Shown piece by piece: positions 8,538 through 18,586 of a stretch of 64,000 nucleotides of DNA (position 1 is the stretch's first letter; the number at the start of each line of letters is the position of its first letter). Source of the DNA: Candidatus Multivoradales bacterium (GTDB lineage Bacteria > Acidobacteriota > Thermoanaerobaculia > Multivoradales > J023); assembly GCA_965248925.1 (NCBI GenBank), contig CBDFLE010000006.1, forward strand, positions 4,320,001 to 4,384,000, given 5' to 3'. Below the pieces are notes generated by a model. The model saw only the letters and a program-made list of their open reading frames with translations, did not search any database and had not been told where the DNA came from. The position numbers and the translations under genes are program-made.

Positions 8538-10868
8538 ATGCCTGCCCTTGATTCCATCAAAGCCAAGTCGTTCGTAGCTCGGTCATTGGCCATCGTCTTG
8601 CTGGCGATTTTCTCGCTGGTTGCAGGGTACCCGTCAGCGGCTCGAGGAGCTGGGCTGACGGTGGCGTCGTCGTACGCGGTAGTGGTGCGGAAGGCCGTCG
8701 AACCGCCACGAATCGAGTTGCTGTTGGCAGTCGCTGGACTGCGCCATGGTTGGCTCGAAGCGACCTCAATGACCCACCCCGACTTGCCGCCGCGGCTGTG
8801 GCTGCTGGAGCCGGCGGCGGATGCGGTGGAGATGCGACTGGATCTACCGGCCGCCTTCAGTGACCAAGTGGTGATGCTGTGCCGGGCCGCTGAAGCTGAT
8901 GACGACAGTGTTCGCGGGGTGCTTTGCGAGCAGCCTTTCCTGCAAGCCGGAGATCAGTTGCTCCTTTCTTGGACTGAAGGGGCGGCGGTGACCGGCACTT
9001 ACTTGTTTGATCGCCGGCCGATCGCCGGGGTGCGGGTGGCGGCGGTGCCGGCTGGTCTCGGCACCCTACGTCCCTTCACCATGCCGCTGCGGGCTACAGC
9101 AAGCGCCGTGCGTAGGGAAGTGTGGACCGATGCCGACGGCAGCTTCCGCTTGCCGCCCTTGGGTCCCGGCGAATACTTGTTGGAAGCTCTCTTGCCCAGT
9201 GGTCGCATCCATCGCGGTGACCCCTTCGTGTTGGCACCAGCGGTGAGTCTGAGGGCCGAGCTTGGCCTCGATGGGGAAGTTGCGGTAGCCCGCGATCTCG
9301 GGGTGATCTATGTTGACGATGCCCTAGCGGTCGAGATCCTGGCCCGTGATGCGGCGGGACAGTCGTTGGCCGGTGTGCGGGTGGAGGCCCGCCAAGGCCG
9401 GCAGGTGTTCGAGTTACGCACCTTCGAGGGCGAGACTGATGCCGAGGGGCGCCTTGGGCTGAGTGGATTCGAACTGGACTTGCCCGCCACCGTGATCTGC
9501 CGTCGCGACGGTTATCTGCCAGTCGAGCAGGAGTTCGAGCAAATACCAGCGCGGGTGACCTGTGCTCTGGGCCGACCAGCGATGGTCCGTGGCCGGGTAT
9601 TGGACGGCGAGGGTCTGCCGCTGGCTGGCGCCAGAGTGAGCCTGGCGGCCGGCGACAGCTTGCCGATCGAGGTGCAGGCGGCCAGCATCTGCGCCGGCGA
9701 TGGCAAGTTCGAACTCACCGGTCTGAAGGCCGGCGAGGGCTGGTTGTGGCTCAGCGCTGGCGGTCAGGAGATCGAACGCCGGGAGATTTCGCTGGTGGCC
9801 GGTGAGACCGTCGATGTGGGCGATGTTCGGCTGCTGCTGGCCAGCCAAGTACAAGGGGTGGTGCGAGCCGCGAGCAGTGGCGAGCCCTTGGCCGGTATCA
9901 ACGTCCGGGTGCTCGAACCGCCGGGTGCGAAGGTGCTCAGCGATGCCGATGGAGCCTTTGCCCTCAGCGTGCCCCGTTTGGCCGGGGTGCAGGTTGAGGC
10001 GGCGGCGGAGGGCTGGGTGACCTTGGTGGCCGAACTCACCGCCGAGGCAAGCTCGGCTGATCAGCCCTTGACCCTCGCCCTTGATCGCGCCGGTTGGCTA
10101 GGGGTTGAGGTCGAATACTCCGCCGGTCGGCCGTGCCAGGGATGTCGTCTGGAGCTGGCTCCGATCGGCGAACAGCTGCTAACCGATGGCGAGGGGGTGG
10201 CTCTCTCCGGCCCCCTGGCAGCCGGTGAGTACCGCCTCTATTTGCCGCAGATCGACCATCTCGGGTCGGCGGTAATCGAGCAGCGGTACGCCAAGGGCGC
10301 CCGCGCCAGGGTCGTGGCGGGGGAGGTTACGGCGCTGCGTTTGAAGCTCGAAGAACAGCCGTTCGAGGTGCGTTTGACACCATCGCCGACGCCGCTACAG
10401 GACGGCCTGCGGTGGCTGCTTGGCGCCCGCCGCGGCTGGCAATTCGAGCGCCGTCATCCCCGGGCCGACGGCAGCTTTGAACTCGATGCCCGAGCGGGGC
10501 AAGTGATCGAGCTGGCGTTGCTTGGCGCGGATCCGAAGACCGGTGCTGAAGCCGAGATCCGTATCGGCCGCTTGCGCATCGCGCCGGGGCAGGACTCGGC
10601 GGAGGTGGAGCTGTCGAGCAGCTGGTTGGAAGGCCGGGTAGAGATCGACGGCGAGCCCGCGGTCGGCAAGACGGTGTGGTTGATCTCGTTGATCGACTTG
10701 CAGCCGTGGGCGCGGGTCGGAGTGGCCACCGACGGCAGCTTCCACATCCCCCACGCCTTACCCGGCATCTACTCGCTGCGGGTCGATAGTCGCCCGGTCG
10801 ACGTAGTGCGAGTGCCGATCCGTGGCCGGCTAAAGCTCAACACCTACCAGTTGCCGGCGGCCGATTGA
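8538..10868 (+). CDS. Secreted protein with repeated carboxypeptidase-regulatory-like beta-sandwich domains
   Basis: Signal-like N-terminus; repeated motifs TDADGSF..GPGEY, GRVLDGEGLPLAGARV, GVVRAASSGEPLAG. Confidence 0.7.
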   Translation: MPALDSIKAKSFVARSLAIVLLAIFSLVAGYPSAARGAGLTVASSYAVVVRKAVEPPRIELLLAVAGLRHGWLEATSMTHPDLPPRLWLLEPAADAVEMRLDLPAAFSDQVVMLCRAAEADDDSVRGVLCEQPFLQAGDQLLLSWTEGAAVTGTYLFDRRPIAGVRVAAVPAGLGTLRPFTMPLRATASAVRREVWTDADGSFRLPPLGPGEYLLEALLPSGRIHRGDPFVLAPAVSLRAELGLDGEVAVARDLGVIYVDDALAVEILARDAAGQSLAGVRVEARQGRQVFELRTFEGETDAEGRLGLSGFELDLPATVICRRDGYLPVEQEFEQIPARVTCALGRPAMVRGRVLDGEGLPLAGARVSLAAGDSLPIEVQAASICAGDGKFELTGLKAGEGWLWLSAGGQEIERREISLVAGETVDVGDVRLLLASQVQGVVRAASSGEPLAGINVRVLEPPGAKVLSDADGAFALSVPRLAGVQVEAAAEGWVTLVAELTAEASSADQPLTLALDRAGWLGVEVEYSAGRPCQGCRLELAPIGEQLLTDGEGVALSGPLAAGEYRLYLPQIDHLGSAVIEQRYAKGARARVVAGEVTALRLKLEEQPFEVRLTPSPTPLQDGLRWLLGARRGWQFERRHPRADGSFELDARAGQVIELALLGADPKTGAEAEIRIGRLRIAPGQDSAEVELSSSWLEGRVEIDGEPAVGKTVWLISLIDLQPWARVGVATDGSFHIPHALPGIYSLRVDSRPVDVVRVPIRGRLKLNTYQLPAAD

Positions 10869-11014
10869 GGCCGCCATGAGCTAGAGAGTGGTGCCAGCCG
10901 GTCGCGGCTGCCAGGCGTAGTCCTTGTTGGGTCGAAGGGTCTTCAGGCGATGCCTGCTAAAGTCGTCGACCGAGGGCTTTCACTGTTTGCCAAGGACCCG
11001 TTGAGGAGATTCCG

Positions 11015-11704
11015 ATGAAAAAGACCGCTACTGTCCTCTCTTTTCTACTGCTTGGCGCCGCGGCGGCGACGCCGCTTATCGCCGCGGGCGGCTCGGCGGC
11101 CAGTACCCCGTCGCCGCAAGGCTCACCGTCGCAGTCCCCGTCGCCGCAGAAGGTGGCCCAGGAGCACTACCGAGTGGGCTTGAGTTTTCGCGACAAGGCC
11201 TGGAAGTTTGAGGAGAAGTTGGGCAAAGCCTCTACCGAGGCCGAGCGCGCCAAGCTGCGCAAGAAGATGCTGGACAGCTATGACCGCGCCGCCGGCAAAT
11301 ACCGCAACGCGATTTCCCGCGACGAGGGCCTCTTCCAGGCGCACAGCAGCCTGGGCTATGCGCTGCGCAAGATGGGCGACTATCCGGCGGCGCTCAAAGC
11401 CTACGACCGGGCTTTGGAGTTGGCGCCCTACTATGCTGAGGCGACGGAGTATCGGGCCGAGGCTTACCTCGGCCTCAATCGTCTGGACGAAGCCAAGGAT
11501 GCTTATATGGACCTCTTCCGCCAGGATCGACCCCGCGCCGATGAACTGTTGGCGGCGATGCAGCATTGGATCGAGAAGCGCAGCGTGTTTCCTGCCGGGG
11601 TCGAGGCGTCGACGATTGATGAGTTCAAAGCTTGGGTTGCCGATCGCGCTGAACTGGCCGAGCAGTCGGCGCAGCTGTCGCAGCAGCTGAATCGGCCCTG
11701 GTGA
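11015..11704 (+). CDS. Secreted tetratricopeptide repeat protein
   Basis: Signal peptide; TPR helices AHSSLGYALRKMGDYPAALKAYDRALELAP; GAGGAG RBS. Confidence 0.8.
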   Translation: MKKTATVLSFLLLGAAAATPLIAAGGSAASTPSPQGSPSQSPSPQKVAQEHYRVGLSFRDKAWKFEEKLGKASTEAERAKLRKKMLDSYDRAAGKYRNAISRDEGLFQAHSSLGYALRKMGDYPAALKAYDRALELAPYYAEATEYRAEAYLGLNRLDEAKDAYMDLFRQDRPRADELLAAMQHWIEKRSVFPAGVEASTIDEFKAWVADRAELAEQSAQLSQQLNRPW

Positions 11705-12867
11705 ACCGTTCGGTCGGCTTGCTGAGCGGTCTGGCATGGATCTTGGCCCTCGCGATCAGCTGGCTCGGCAGCGAGCCGCCGGTGGCGCCGCCGGCCGACC
11801 CCGGCGAGTCCTGGATTTGGCGCTTGCCGGCGGGCTTTCCACAGCCACGGGTGCCAGCTGAGAACCCAATGACGGTGGCCAAGGTCGAGCTCGGCCGCCG
11901 CCTGTTCTACGACCTGAGATTTTCTGGCGCGGGCGGCTACGCTTGTGCCAGCTGCCATGAGCAGCGGCTCGCTTTCACCGATGGTCGAGCGCGGGCGCTC
12001 GGCGCCAGCGGCGAGCGCCATTCGCTGAGTTCGATGTCGCTGACCAATGTTGCCTATGCAGCCAGCCTGGGTTGGGCTGATGCCGGTCTCAGGCGACTCG
12101 AAGATCAAGCTCAGGTGCCGATGTTCAATCAGCATCCGATCGAGCTGGGTATGGCCGGCCGCGAGGCTGAAGTCGAAGCCCGGTTGGCGGCCGATTCGCT
12201 GTATCGGCGGATGTTCGCCAGCGCCTTTCCGACGATCGAGAATCCCCTCGATCTCGACCATGCCGTTCTCGCTTTGGCCTCCTTCGAGCGCACCCTGATC
12301 TCCGGCGACTCGCCTTATGACCGACTGCTTTTCCACGATCAGCGCGGGGCCTTGTCGGCGGCGGCTCGGCGCGGCATGCGAATGTTCTTCTCCCAGCGTT
12401 TACGCTGCTTCGAGTGCCATGCCGGGTTCAATTTTTCTGGGCCGGTCGATTTTGTCGGCGCGCAGCCATCGCCGCTGCCGCTGGCGTTTCACAACACGGG
12501 TCTCTACAACCTGGACCTGTTCGGCAGCTACCCGGAGGGTGCTCGCGGTCTTTGGCAACATAGCCGCGAGCCTGGCGACATGGGCCGCTTCAAAGCCCCA
12601 ACCCTGCGCAACATCGCCTTGACGGCGCCCTACATGCATGATGGCAGTGTGCCCACGCTGGCTGCTGTGCTCGACCATTACGCGGCGGGTGGGCGCACTC
12701 TCGCCAGTGGCGCCCACGCTGGCGTTGGCTACGCCAATCCGCACAAGAGCGCGCTGGTGGCGGGGTTCGAGTTCGAACGCGGCCAGCGGGATGATCTGGT
12801 GGCCTTTCTCGACAGCCTGACCGACCAGACCTTGGTTGAGGATCCAGCCTTGGCCAGTCCATTCTGA
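11701..12867 (+). CDS. Di-heme cytochrome c peroxidase superfamily enzyme, MbnH-like
   Basis: Two heme motifs CASCH and CFECH; LGRRLFYD; FKAPTLRNIALTAPYMHDGS; GTGA overlap with the TPR gene. Confidence 0.85.
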   Translation: MNRSVGLLSGLAWILALAISWLGSEPPVAPPADPGESWIWRLPAGFPQPRVPAENPMTVAKVELGRRLFYDLRFSGAGGYACASCHEQRLAFTDGRARALGASGERHSLSSMSLTNVAYAASLGWADAGLRRLEDQAQVPMFNQHPIELGMAGREAEVEARLAADSLYRRMFASAFPTIENPLDLDHAVLALASFERTLISGDSPYDRLLFHDQRGALSAAARRGMRMFFSQRLRCFECHAGFNFSGPVDFVGAQPSPLPLAFHNTGLYNLDLFGSYPEGARGLWQHSREPGDMGRFKAPTLRNIALTAPYMHDGSVPTLAAVLDHYAAGGRTLASGAHAGVGYANPHKSALVAGFEFERGQRDDLVAFLDSLTDQTLVEDPALASPF

Positions 12868-12879
12868 GCTGAGGGAAAT

Positions 12880-15675
12880 TCAGTTTTTGCGGACGCGAAA
12901 CCGCTCAGCCTCGGCCGGCCGGCCGGTGGCCTGGTAGTAGTCGATCAGTCGTTTGCGAGCACTATGGAGGTATTTCGAAGCGGCGGGGTTCGCATGCTCG
13001 GCTTGTAGCTGGTAGCCATCGAGCAGAAACCGCTCGGCTTCGTCGACTCGTCCGGTTCTCAACAACAGCTCACCATGGATGCTCTGTGCCGCACCGCGGT
13101 CGGCTTCGGTGGAGAAATCACCGAAGGGTGGCTGGCTGTGTTGGAGAGCCTTTTCGTAGTGCTTTTCTCGCAGATAAAAAGAAGCGAGGTTGCGGTGGGC
13201 TTGTGCCACCTGCAAGCTGCCTGGGCGGAAGACTTCGAGTTGATAACTCAGGATGCGTTTGAAGTAGCCCTCGGTGGCAGCAGGATCCTCCAGGTCGTAG
13301 CTGACCACCGCCAAATTTAGCAGGATACCGGAAATTTCTGACGGGTTGCCTTCGAGGCCTTCGAATAGCTCAAGTGCCTCTTCATAGCCGTTTCTGGCTT
13401 CTTTCAGCAATTCGTCATCGCCACTCTGCTTCGCCAGCCTCTTGGTTGTCAGAGCTAGGTTGTTCAGGAACGAAGCGCGTTTCTCTGTCCGTGCATCGAC
13501 GAAGAAAGGGCGAGCTTGATTCAAAGTTGTGATCGCCTCTTGGAGTCGCCCTTGCCGGCTGTAGATCGTCGCCAGAGTGGTGAGATCCGCGCCTAGGTCG
13601 ATGTGGTATCGGCCGAGGGCTTCACGATGGAGATCATAGGCCCGCAGTGAAAGCTTCTCTGCTCGTCTCCAACCGCCATGCTCGATTAGCGCGCGGGCAA
13701 CCCGATCCAGGCTGCGGGCGGTCAAGGCGTGATCGGGAACCAATTGTTGGTGAATTTCTAGAGCTTCTTCGAACTCTGCTAGAGCCTTCTCGTGCTGACC
13801 TTGTGTGAGGTGAACCTCCCCCAGATTTTCCAGGTTCTTGGCCAGAGCCAAGCGCGTATCTTCAGAATCGACGCGATTTCGACGCACCTCAACTACCTGG
13901 CGCAGTAGGGACTCACCTTGGTTTAGCTCCCCCTGGTCTACCAATGCCTGGCCGAGGTAGGTTTGGGCGTTGATCAGTTGATTTGCGTAGTCTTCGCCAC
14001 CGGCCTGCAACGGGTCTATCGCTGCGCTGAGTAGGGGGACGGCTTCACTCAGGAGGTTGAGACGCTGGAGGACGAATCCCAGGCTGGCTTGGGTGGAGTT
14101 GGTCTTGGGATGGCGGGCTCCCAGCTCGGCCCGGCGGGTGTCGAGAATCTCGCTGTACAGCTGGCGGGCGTCCTCGAGGCTTTTGAGTCTGCTGTAGGTG
14201 CTTGCCACCAGGGTTAGCAGGTCGGCGCGCAGCAGGGGTCGGTCGGCCAAATCCTGGCGCAGATCTACCGCCAACACATCGAGTCTAACGCTTGTGGGAT
14301 TGTAGGGGTCGTTACTAAACACTGCTTGCCGGAGGAGATCTTGGACCTTCGAGCGGGTGTCCAGTTCGCGGGCGCGGCGAGCTTCGCTGAACGCTACCCA
14401 ACCGAGCAGCACAACACCCAGCACCGCGGCCGCCACTGGTAGCCAGAAGCGGCGCAGGAAGCGGCTGGAGCGATAGGCGAAAGTCTGTGGCCGGGCCAGG
14501 ATGGTGCGGCCGTCGAGGTGGCGGCGCAGGTCTTCGGCGAGTCGGTCGACCGTGGGATAGCGCCGCTCGGGATCCTTCTCTAACGCTTTTAGAACGATGG
14601 TGTCGAGATCGCCGCGCAGCCGGCGATGCAGCTGCTTCGGGTCGACCCCACGGTGTTGGCCGATGATCACCGGGTCGGTTTTCGAACCGCGCTCATTCGG
14701 GTCTCGAGCGGCGCGCAGGCGGCGAACCGCGGTCGAGGGCCGGTTGGGAGATTGGTGAGTGATCGATCGCCCAAGTCCCTCCGGGGTGCTGTTGTTGAGG
14801 TGGTACGGGCGGGCGCCGGTGAGTAGTTCATAGAGCAATACTCCGAGTGAGTAGACATCGCTCGAAGTGGTCACTGGTTCACCGAGGATCTGCTCTGGGC
14901 TAGCGTAGTCCGGGGTCATCGGCCGGTGTTCGGCGAGGGTCAGGAGGCGACTTGACTGACTTTCGTCGGCCAGCAGTTTGGCGATGCCAAAATCCAGCAG
15001 CTTGGGCTCGCCGTTGGTGGTGACCAGGATGTTCGAGGGCTTGAGATCGCGGTGCACTACCAGGTTGCGGTGGGCAAGCGCCACGGCGGAACAGACCTTG
15101 AGGAACAGCCGCAGCCGCTCGCCGATGGTGAGTCGTTGGCCATCGCAGTAGCTGTCGATGGGCTGGCCTTCGACATGCTCGAGGACGAAGTAGGGCAGCC
15201 CGTCCTCAGTGCTGCCGCCATCGAGCAGGCGGGCGATGTGGGGATGCTCGAGGCGAGCCAAGATCTGCCGCTCGTTCTCAAAACGGCGGACGATCTCATC
15301 GGTGTCCATGCCTCGTTTGAGCAGTTTTAGCGCTACCTGCTGTTCGAATCCTTCCTGGCGCTCGGCCAGGTAGACCGCTCCCATGCCGCCCTGGCCGAGC
15401 TTTCGGCGCAGCTGGTAGACGCCGATCCGGCGGCCGATAGCGACATCCTCTGTTGTCTCGTCATTCGTGGTCTGACTGGGAGAGCCGAGGCGAATCACCG
15501 GTTCTTCGATGAAGGTTTCGGCGGCATCTTCCTCGTCAAGTAGGGAGTCGACTTCATCAAACAGCAGGCGATCACCGGCGCAGCGGTCGCGTAGCCAGTC
15601 TCGGCGTTCGGCCGGCTCGACCGCTTCGGCCTCGAATAGCACCTGTTTGATCTCTGACCAGCGCTCTTGATCCAC
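12880..15675 (-). CDS. Hanks-type Ser/Thr protein kinase with a TM helix and C-terminal TPRs
   Basis: LGQGGMGAVY, VALK, HRDLKPSN, DFGIAK, TPDYASPEQ, DVYSLG; TM WLPVAAAVLGVVLLGWV; TPR repeats. Confidence 0.95.
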   Translation of the reverse strand: MDQERWSEIKQVLFEAEAVEPAERRDWLRDRCAGDRLLFDEVDSLLDEEDAAETFIEEPVIRLGSPSQTTNDETTEDVAIGRRIGVYQLRRKLGQGGMGAVYLAERQEGFEQQVALKLLKRGMDTDEIVRRFENERQILARLEHPHIARLLDGGSTEDGLPYFVLEHVEGQPIDSYCDGQRLTIGERLRLFLKVCSAVALAHRNLVVHRDLKPSNILVTTNGEPKLLDFGIAKLLADESQSSRLLTLAEHRPMTPDYASPEQILGEPVTTSSDVYSLGVLLYELLTGARPYHLNNSTPEGLGRSITHQSPNRPSTAVRRLRAARDPNERGSKTDPVIIGQHRGVDPKQLHRRLRGDLDTIVLKALEKDPERRYPTVDRLAEDLRRHLDGRTILARPQTFAYRSSRFLRRFWLPVAAAVLGVVLLGWVAFSEARRARELDTRSKVQDLLRQAVFSNDPYNPTSVRLDVLAVDLRQDLADRPLLRADLLTLVASTYSRLKSLEDARQLYSEILDTRRAELGARHPKTNSTQASLGFVLQRLNLLSEAVPLLSAAIDPLQAGGEDYANQLINAQTYLGQALVDQGELNQGESLLRQVVEVRRNRVDSEDTRLALAKNLENLGEVHLTQGQHEKALAEFEEALEIHQQLVPDHALTARSLDRVARALIEHGGWRRAEKLSLRAYDLHREALGRYHIDLGADLTTLATIYSRQGRLQEAITTLNQARPFFVDARTEKRASFLNNLALTTKRLAKQSGDDELLKEARNGYEEALELFEGLEGNPSEISGILLNLAVVSYDLEDPAATEGYFKRILSYQLEVFRPGSLQVAQAHRNLASFYLREKHYEKALQHSQPPFGDFSTEADRGAAQSIHGELLLRTGRVDEAERFLLDGYQLQAEHANPAASKYLHSARKRLIDYYQATGRPAEAERFRVRKN

Positions 15676-15780
15676 AGTTTGCTCCGGAGGACTCGTGCTG
15701 CGGGGGTATCCCGCGTTGGCTCTCCTTATTCTAGAAACGCGTGAAGTAGCGCCGATTTAGACCGTTGGATTGTTGATTCA

Positions 15781-16404
15781 TCATCCATCTCGCTTGAGCT
15801 CACGGAAAAGCCACAGTTTGGCGATCTTCCATTCTCGTTTGATAGTGGTCGGTGAGAGTTCGAGCAAGGTGGAGACTTCTTCGATCGACAGGCCAGCAAA
15901 AAATCGCAGCTCGACGATGCGGCTCTGACGCTGGTCGAAGCGGGCCAAGTCGAGCAGCGCGTCGTCGAGACGCACCAGGTCAATATGTCGCCGCTCGGCC
16001 AAGTCCAGAGCCTCGTCAAGGTAGATCTTGCGCGCTCCGGAGCCGCGCTTGGCAGCGTTGTGGCTGCGTGCGTGATCGACCAGGATCTTGCGCATCAGAG
16101 AGGCCGAGAAGCCGAAGAACTGAAGCCGGTTCTTCCACTGCACCTGGCGCCGATTCTTAAGTCGTAGATAGAGCTCGTTGACCAGCGCGGTGGGTTGCAG
16201 GGTGTGGGCGTCGGATTCACGCCGCAAGTACTGCCTAGCGATCTTGTGAAGCTCGTCGAAGACCAAAGGAATGAGTTCAGCGAGGGCTTCTTCGTTACCG
16301 TCACTCCACTCGAGGAGCACCCTGGTTACGTCTGGCTCGTCGCCGCTGGCGGCGGTTGGGTCGGGCTCGTCAGCCCCATTCTTGTCAGGGGGGTTAGTCA
16401 ACAT
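15781..16404 (-). CDS. ECF sigma-70 factor, kinase-associated type (TIGR02999-like)
   Basis: TLQPTALVNELYLRL, MRKILVDHAR, VELRFFAGLSIEEV...TIKREW; likely start MLTNPP overlaps the upstream gene's stop. Confidence 0.9.
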   Translation of the reverse strand: MLTNPPDKNGADEPDPTAASGDEPDVTRVLLEWSDGNEEALAELIPLVFDELHKIARQYLRRESDAHTLQPTALVNELYLRLKNRRQVQWKNRLQFFGFSASLMRKILVDHARSHNAAKRGSGARKIYLDEALDLAERRHIDLVRLDDALLDLARFDQRQSRIVELRFFAGLSIEEVSTLLELSPTTIKREWKIAKLWLFRELKRDG

Positions 16405-18586
16405 TTTGATCTTCGAACTCGAATTCGGCTTGCAGCAGGGTTTCCTCGCCATCGCTTGCCGAAGTTGCCAGCACCTCGATCAAGTAGACGCCGGGGTACA
16501 GCTCGCGCCGGGAGAAGCTGGCCCGCAGTTGGACATCGTCAGCGATCGCTACCGCCAATGCTGAGCGGACTAGTGGTGGGTGTCCCGCTCGGTTAAGGAT
16601 GATTCGGTAGGAATTATAGACTTTGTCTGGGTCTTTGGGTGGATGAGGAAAATCGAGGGTGTATCCAGCGTCGTCGGCCGGCAGCGAATAGATGGTCGTC
16701 GGGCTTTGGTGGCCACGGTATACGTGGGGCTCTGGCAACGAAATCAGCGCCAGATCACCGCTCAGCAAGCGCTGCTCGAACTGCTGTAGATCGCTGCGTT
16801 CACGGATCAGCCAACCGCTGCCCAGCAGCAGTAGCAGAGACGCGGCGAGTTGCAGTTTGCCCCAATGTCGCCAGCGGCTGTTTGGTTCGGTGGACCGTGA
16901 TTGTGGCTCTGTGGCGCCAGGGGTGGCGCTCAGGCGGCGCCGAGCTTCGGCAAGCTCGAAGCGTGAGCGGTCTTGGTAGAGCGGATCAAGGTCGGCTTCT
17001 TTCAGCGCTAGTGAGGTCTTGTGGACCCCACTTTCGAGCTCTTCCCAGATTCGCCGGGCGGCAGCGGTGCAGCCTTCCTCGAGCTGGTTGCAGGTGTCGG
17101 CCGCGTGCAGCCGGTCTGGTGACAACCACAGGCCGAAGCCACAGCGCAGCACCAGCGGGCCGGTAGCTTGAGTGTCCCGAGTGGCCAAATCACGGCTGCC
17201 GATCAGGGGATCGTCATCGGCCGGAATCAGCAACAGGCTGGCGGGAGTCTCTCGGCGATCGATGACTACCCATTCGACCGCTAGGTCGCTGGTGGTGGGT
17301 TCTAGCAAGACATCTCCTATCCGTGCCTGGTCGCCGGAGCGCGAGGTGTTGGCGCCGAGGCGGCGGCGACCGGCGTCCTCGGCGGCCAGTTGGCGAAGCG
17401 TGTCGTAGTGGACACTGCGACTCATCTGTCGATCTCTCTCCTGCTGCTCGGTGGATTCTCCACCCCGTAGTCTACTAACCGGCTGCGTTGTAGAAATGGC
17501 CGCATGGCAATGCTGTAGCTCCTTGCCTAGGGCCTTGAACATGCCTGGAAGGCGATCGCGGGGGATGTCGAGGGTCTTTGCCAGCCGTCTGTGTGAGGGT
17601 AGTCGGCCGTCTTGGCGCAGCCCTTCGAGGCTGCCGTCACCGGCAGCGAATGCTCGCAAATAGGCCCACAAGGAGAGCAGATAGCGTTGGCTCTTGGGCG
17701 CCGCGGTCGAGGCTCGCAGCTGGCGATCGATGCATGCCACCAACTTGCGGAACAGGTCGCGGTCCTCGATCTCCGGCTCTGGTTCCACCAGCAAAACCGC
17801 TGATCGGCGGTCCTCGTCGTTCTCGATACCCACGGCACCCTGGTCCTGAGCCAGTTGGGCGGCCCAGGCACCGCGAATGTTTGCCTTCAACGGTTGCAGC
17901 AACTCGCCGAGGACAAAGCTGTTCACTCCGTGCTCAGGCAATTCACTGAGTCGTCGAGCAAGACGACGGACGACCTCCTGATGCGCTTCTTGGGTGCCGT
18001 GGAACAGCTTGGGAAGAACTTCTTCCGCCCACCCGGCGACCGCCTTGCTCAGCACCGCGGCCGTTGCTGGCGGGCGGTCGTTCTGGAAGCTCAGTAGCGA
18101 GGCACTGAGCAGGCGTCCGGCCACTGCTTGGCGCAACTGACCCCGCGCTACAAGGGTATCGATGGCCGCCCGGAGACGCTCGAAAACTCGGTAGCCCAGT
18201 GGGTCGTGCTTGCGTTGGGTGTCGTGCAGGAAGTTGCGAATACTACGAAACACTAGACCATCGATATTGGGCTTGTGGGCCAGTTGGCGTACCAGCCCCT
18301 CGATGCGGCGCAGGAAAACGAAACTGAAGCACTCGCTGAGCAGCTCGTCCAGTGGGTCGTCGAGGCCTCTGTCGTTGGGGAGAGCCCAGGCGTTGCAGCC
18401 CAGTACGCCGAGGTAGCTGGGCGGGGTGCTCCAGGCGGAGCGTTTCTTCATCTCACTGATCAAGGCGGCTCGCAGCGCCTGCCAGAGTTCCTCGAACAGC
18501 TCCGCTGGCGGTGGCGTACCACTGCCAACGACGCTGACATAGTGAGTGAAGACCAAGGCGGGCGATTCGTACTTTGTTTGTTTCAT
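16394..18586 (-). CDS. Hypothetical membrane-anchored protein with sigma2- and sigma4-like segments
   Basis: ORF of 730-761 aa, start uncertain (18586 or 18679). Segments IRNFLHDTQRK and SHRRLAKTLDIPRDRL; TM LQLAASLLLLLGSGWLI. Confidence 0.65.
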   Translation of the reverse strand: MKQTKYESPALVFTHYVSVVGSGTPPPAELFEELWQALRAALISEMKKRSAWSTPPSYLGVLGCNAWALPNDRGLDDPLDELLSECFSFVFLRRIEGLVRQLAHKPNIDGLVFRSIRNFLHDTQRKHDPLGYRVFERLRAAIDTLVARGQLRQAVAGRLLSASLLSFQNDRPPATAAVLSKAVAGWAEEVLPKLFHGTQEAHQEVVRRLARRLSELPEHGVNSFVLGELLQPLKANIRGAWAAQLAQDQGAVGIENDEDRRSAVLLVEPEPEIEDRDLFRKLVACIDRQLRASTAAPKSQRYLLSLWAYLRAFAAGDGSLEGLRQDGRLPSHRRLAKTLDIPRDRLPGMFKALGKELQHCHAAISTTQPVSRLRGGESTEQQERDRQMSRSVHYDTLRQLAAEDAGRRRLGANTSRSGDQARIGDVLLEPTTSDLAVEWVVIDRRETPASLLLIPADDDPLIGSRDLATRDTQATGPLVLRCGFGLWLSPDRLHAADTCNQLEEGCTAAARRIWEELESGVHKTSLALKEADLDPLYQDRSRFELAEARRRLSATPGATEPQSRSTEPNSRWRHWGKLQLAASLLLLLGSGWLIRERSDLQQFEQRLLSGDLALISLPEPHVYRGHQSPTTIYSLPADDAGYTLDFPHPPKDPDKVYNSYRIILNRAGHPPLVRSALAVAIADDVQLRASFSRRELYPGVYLIEVLATSASDGEETLLQAEFEFEDQNVD

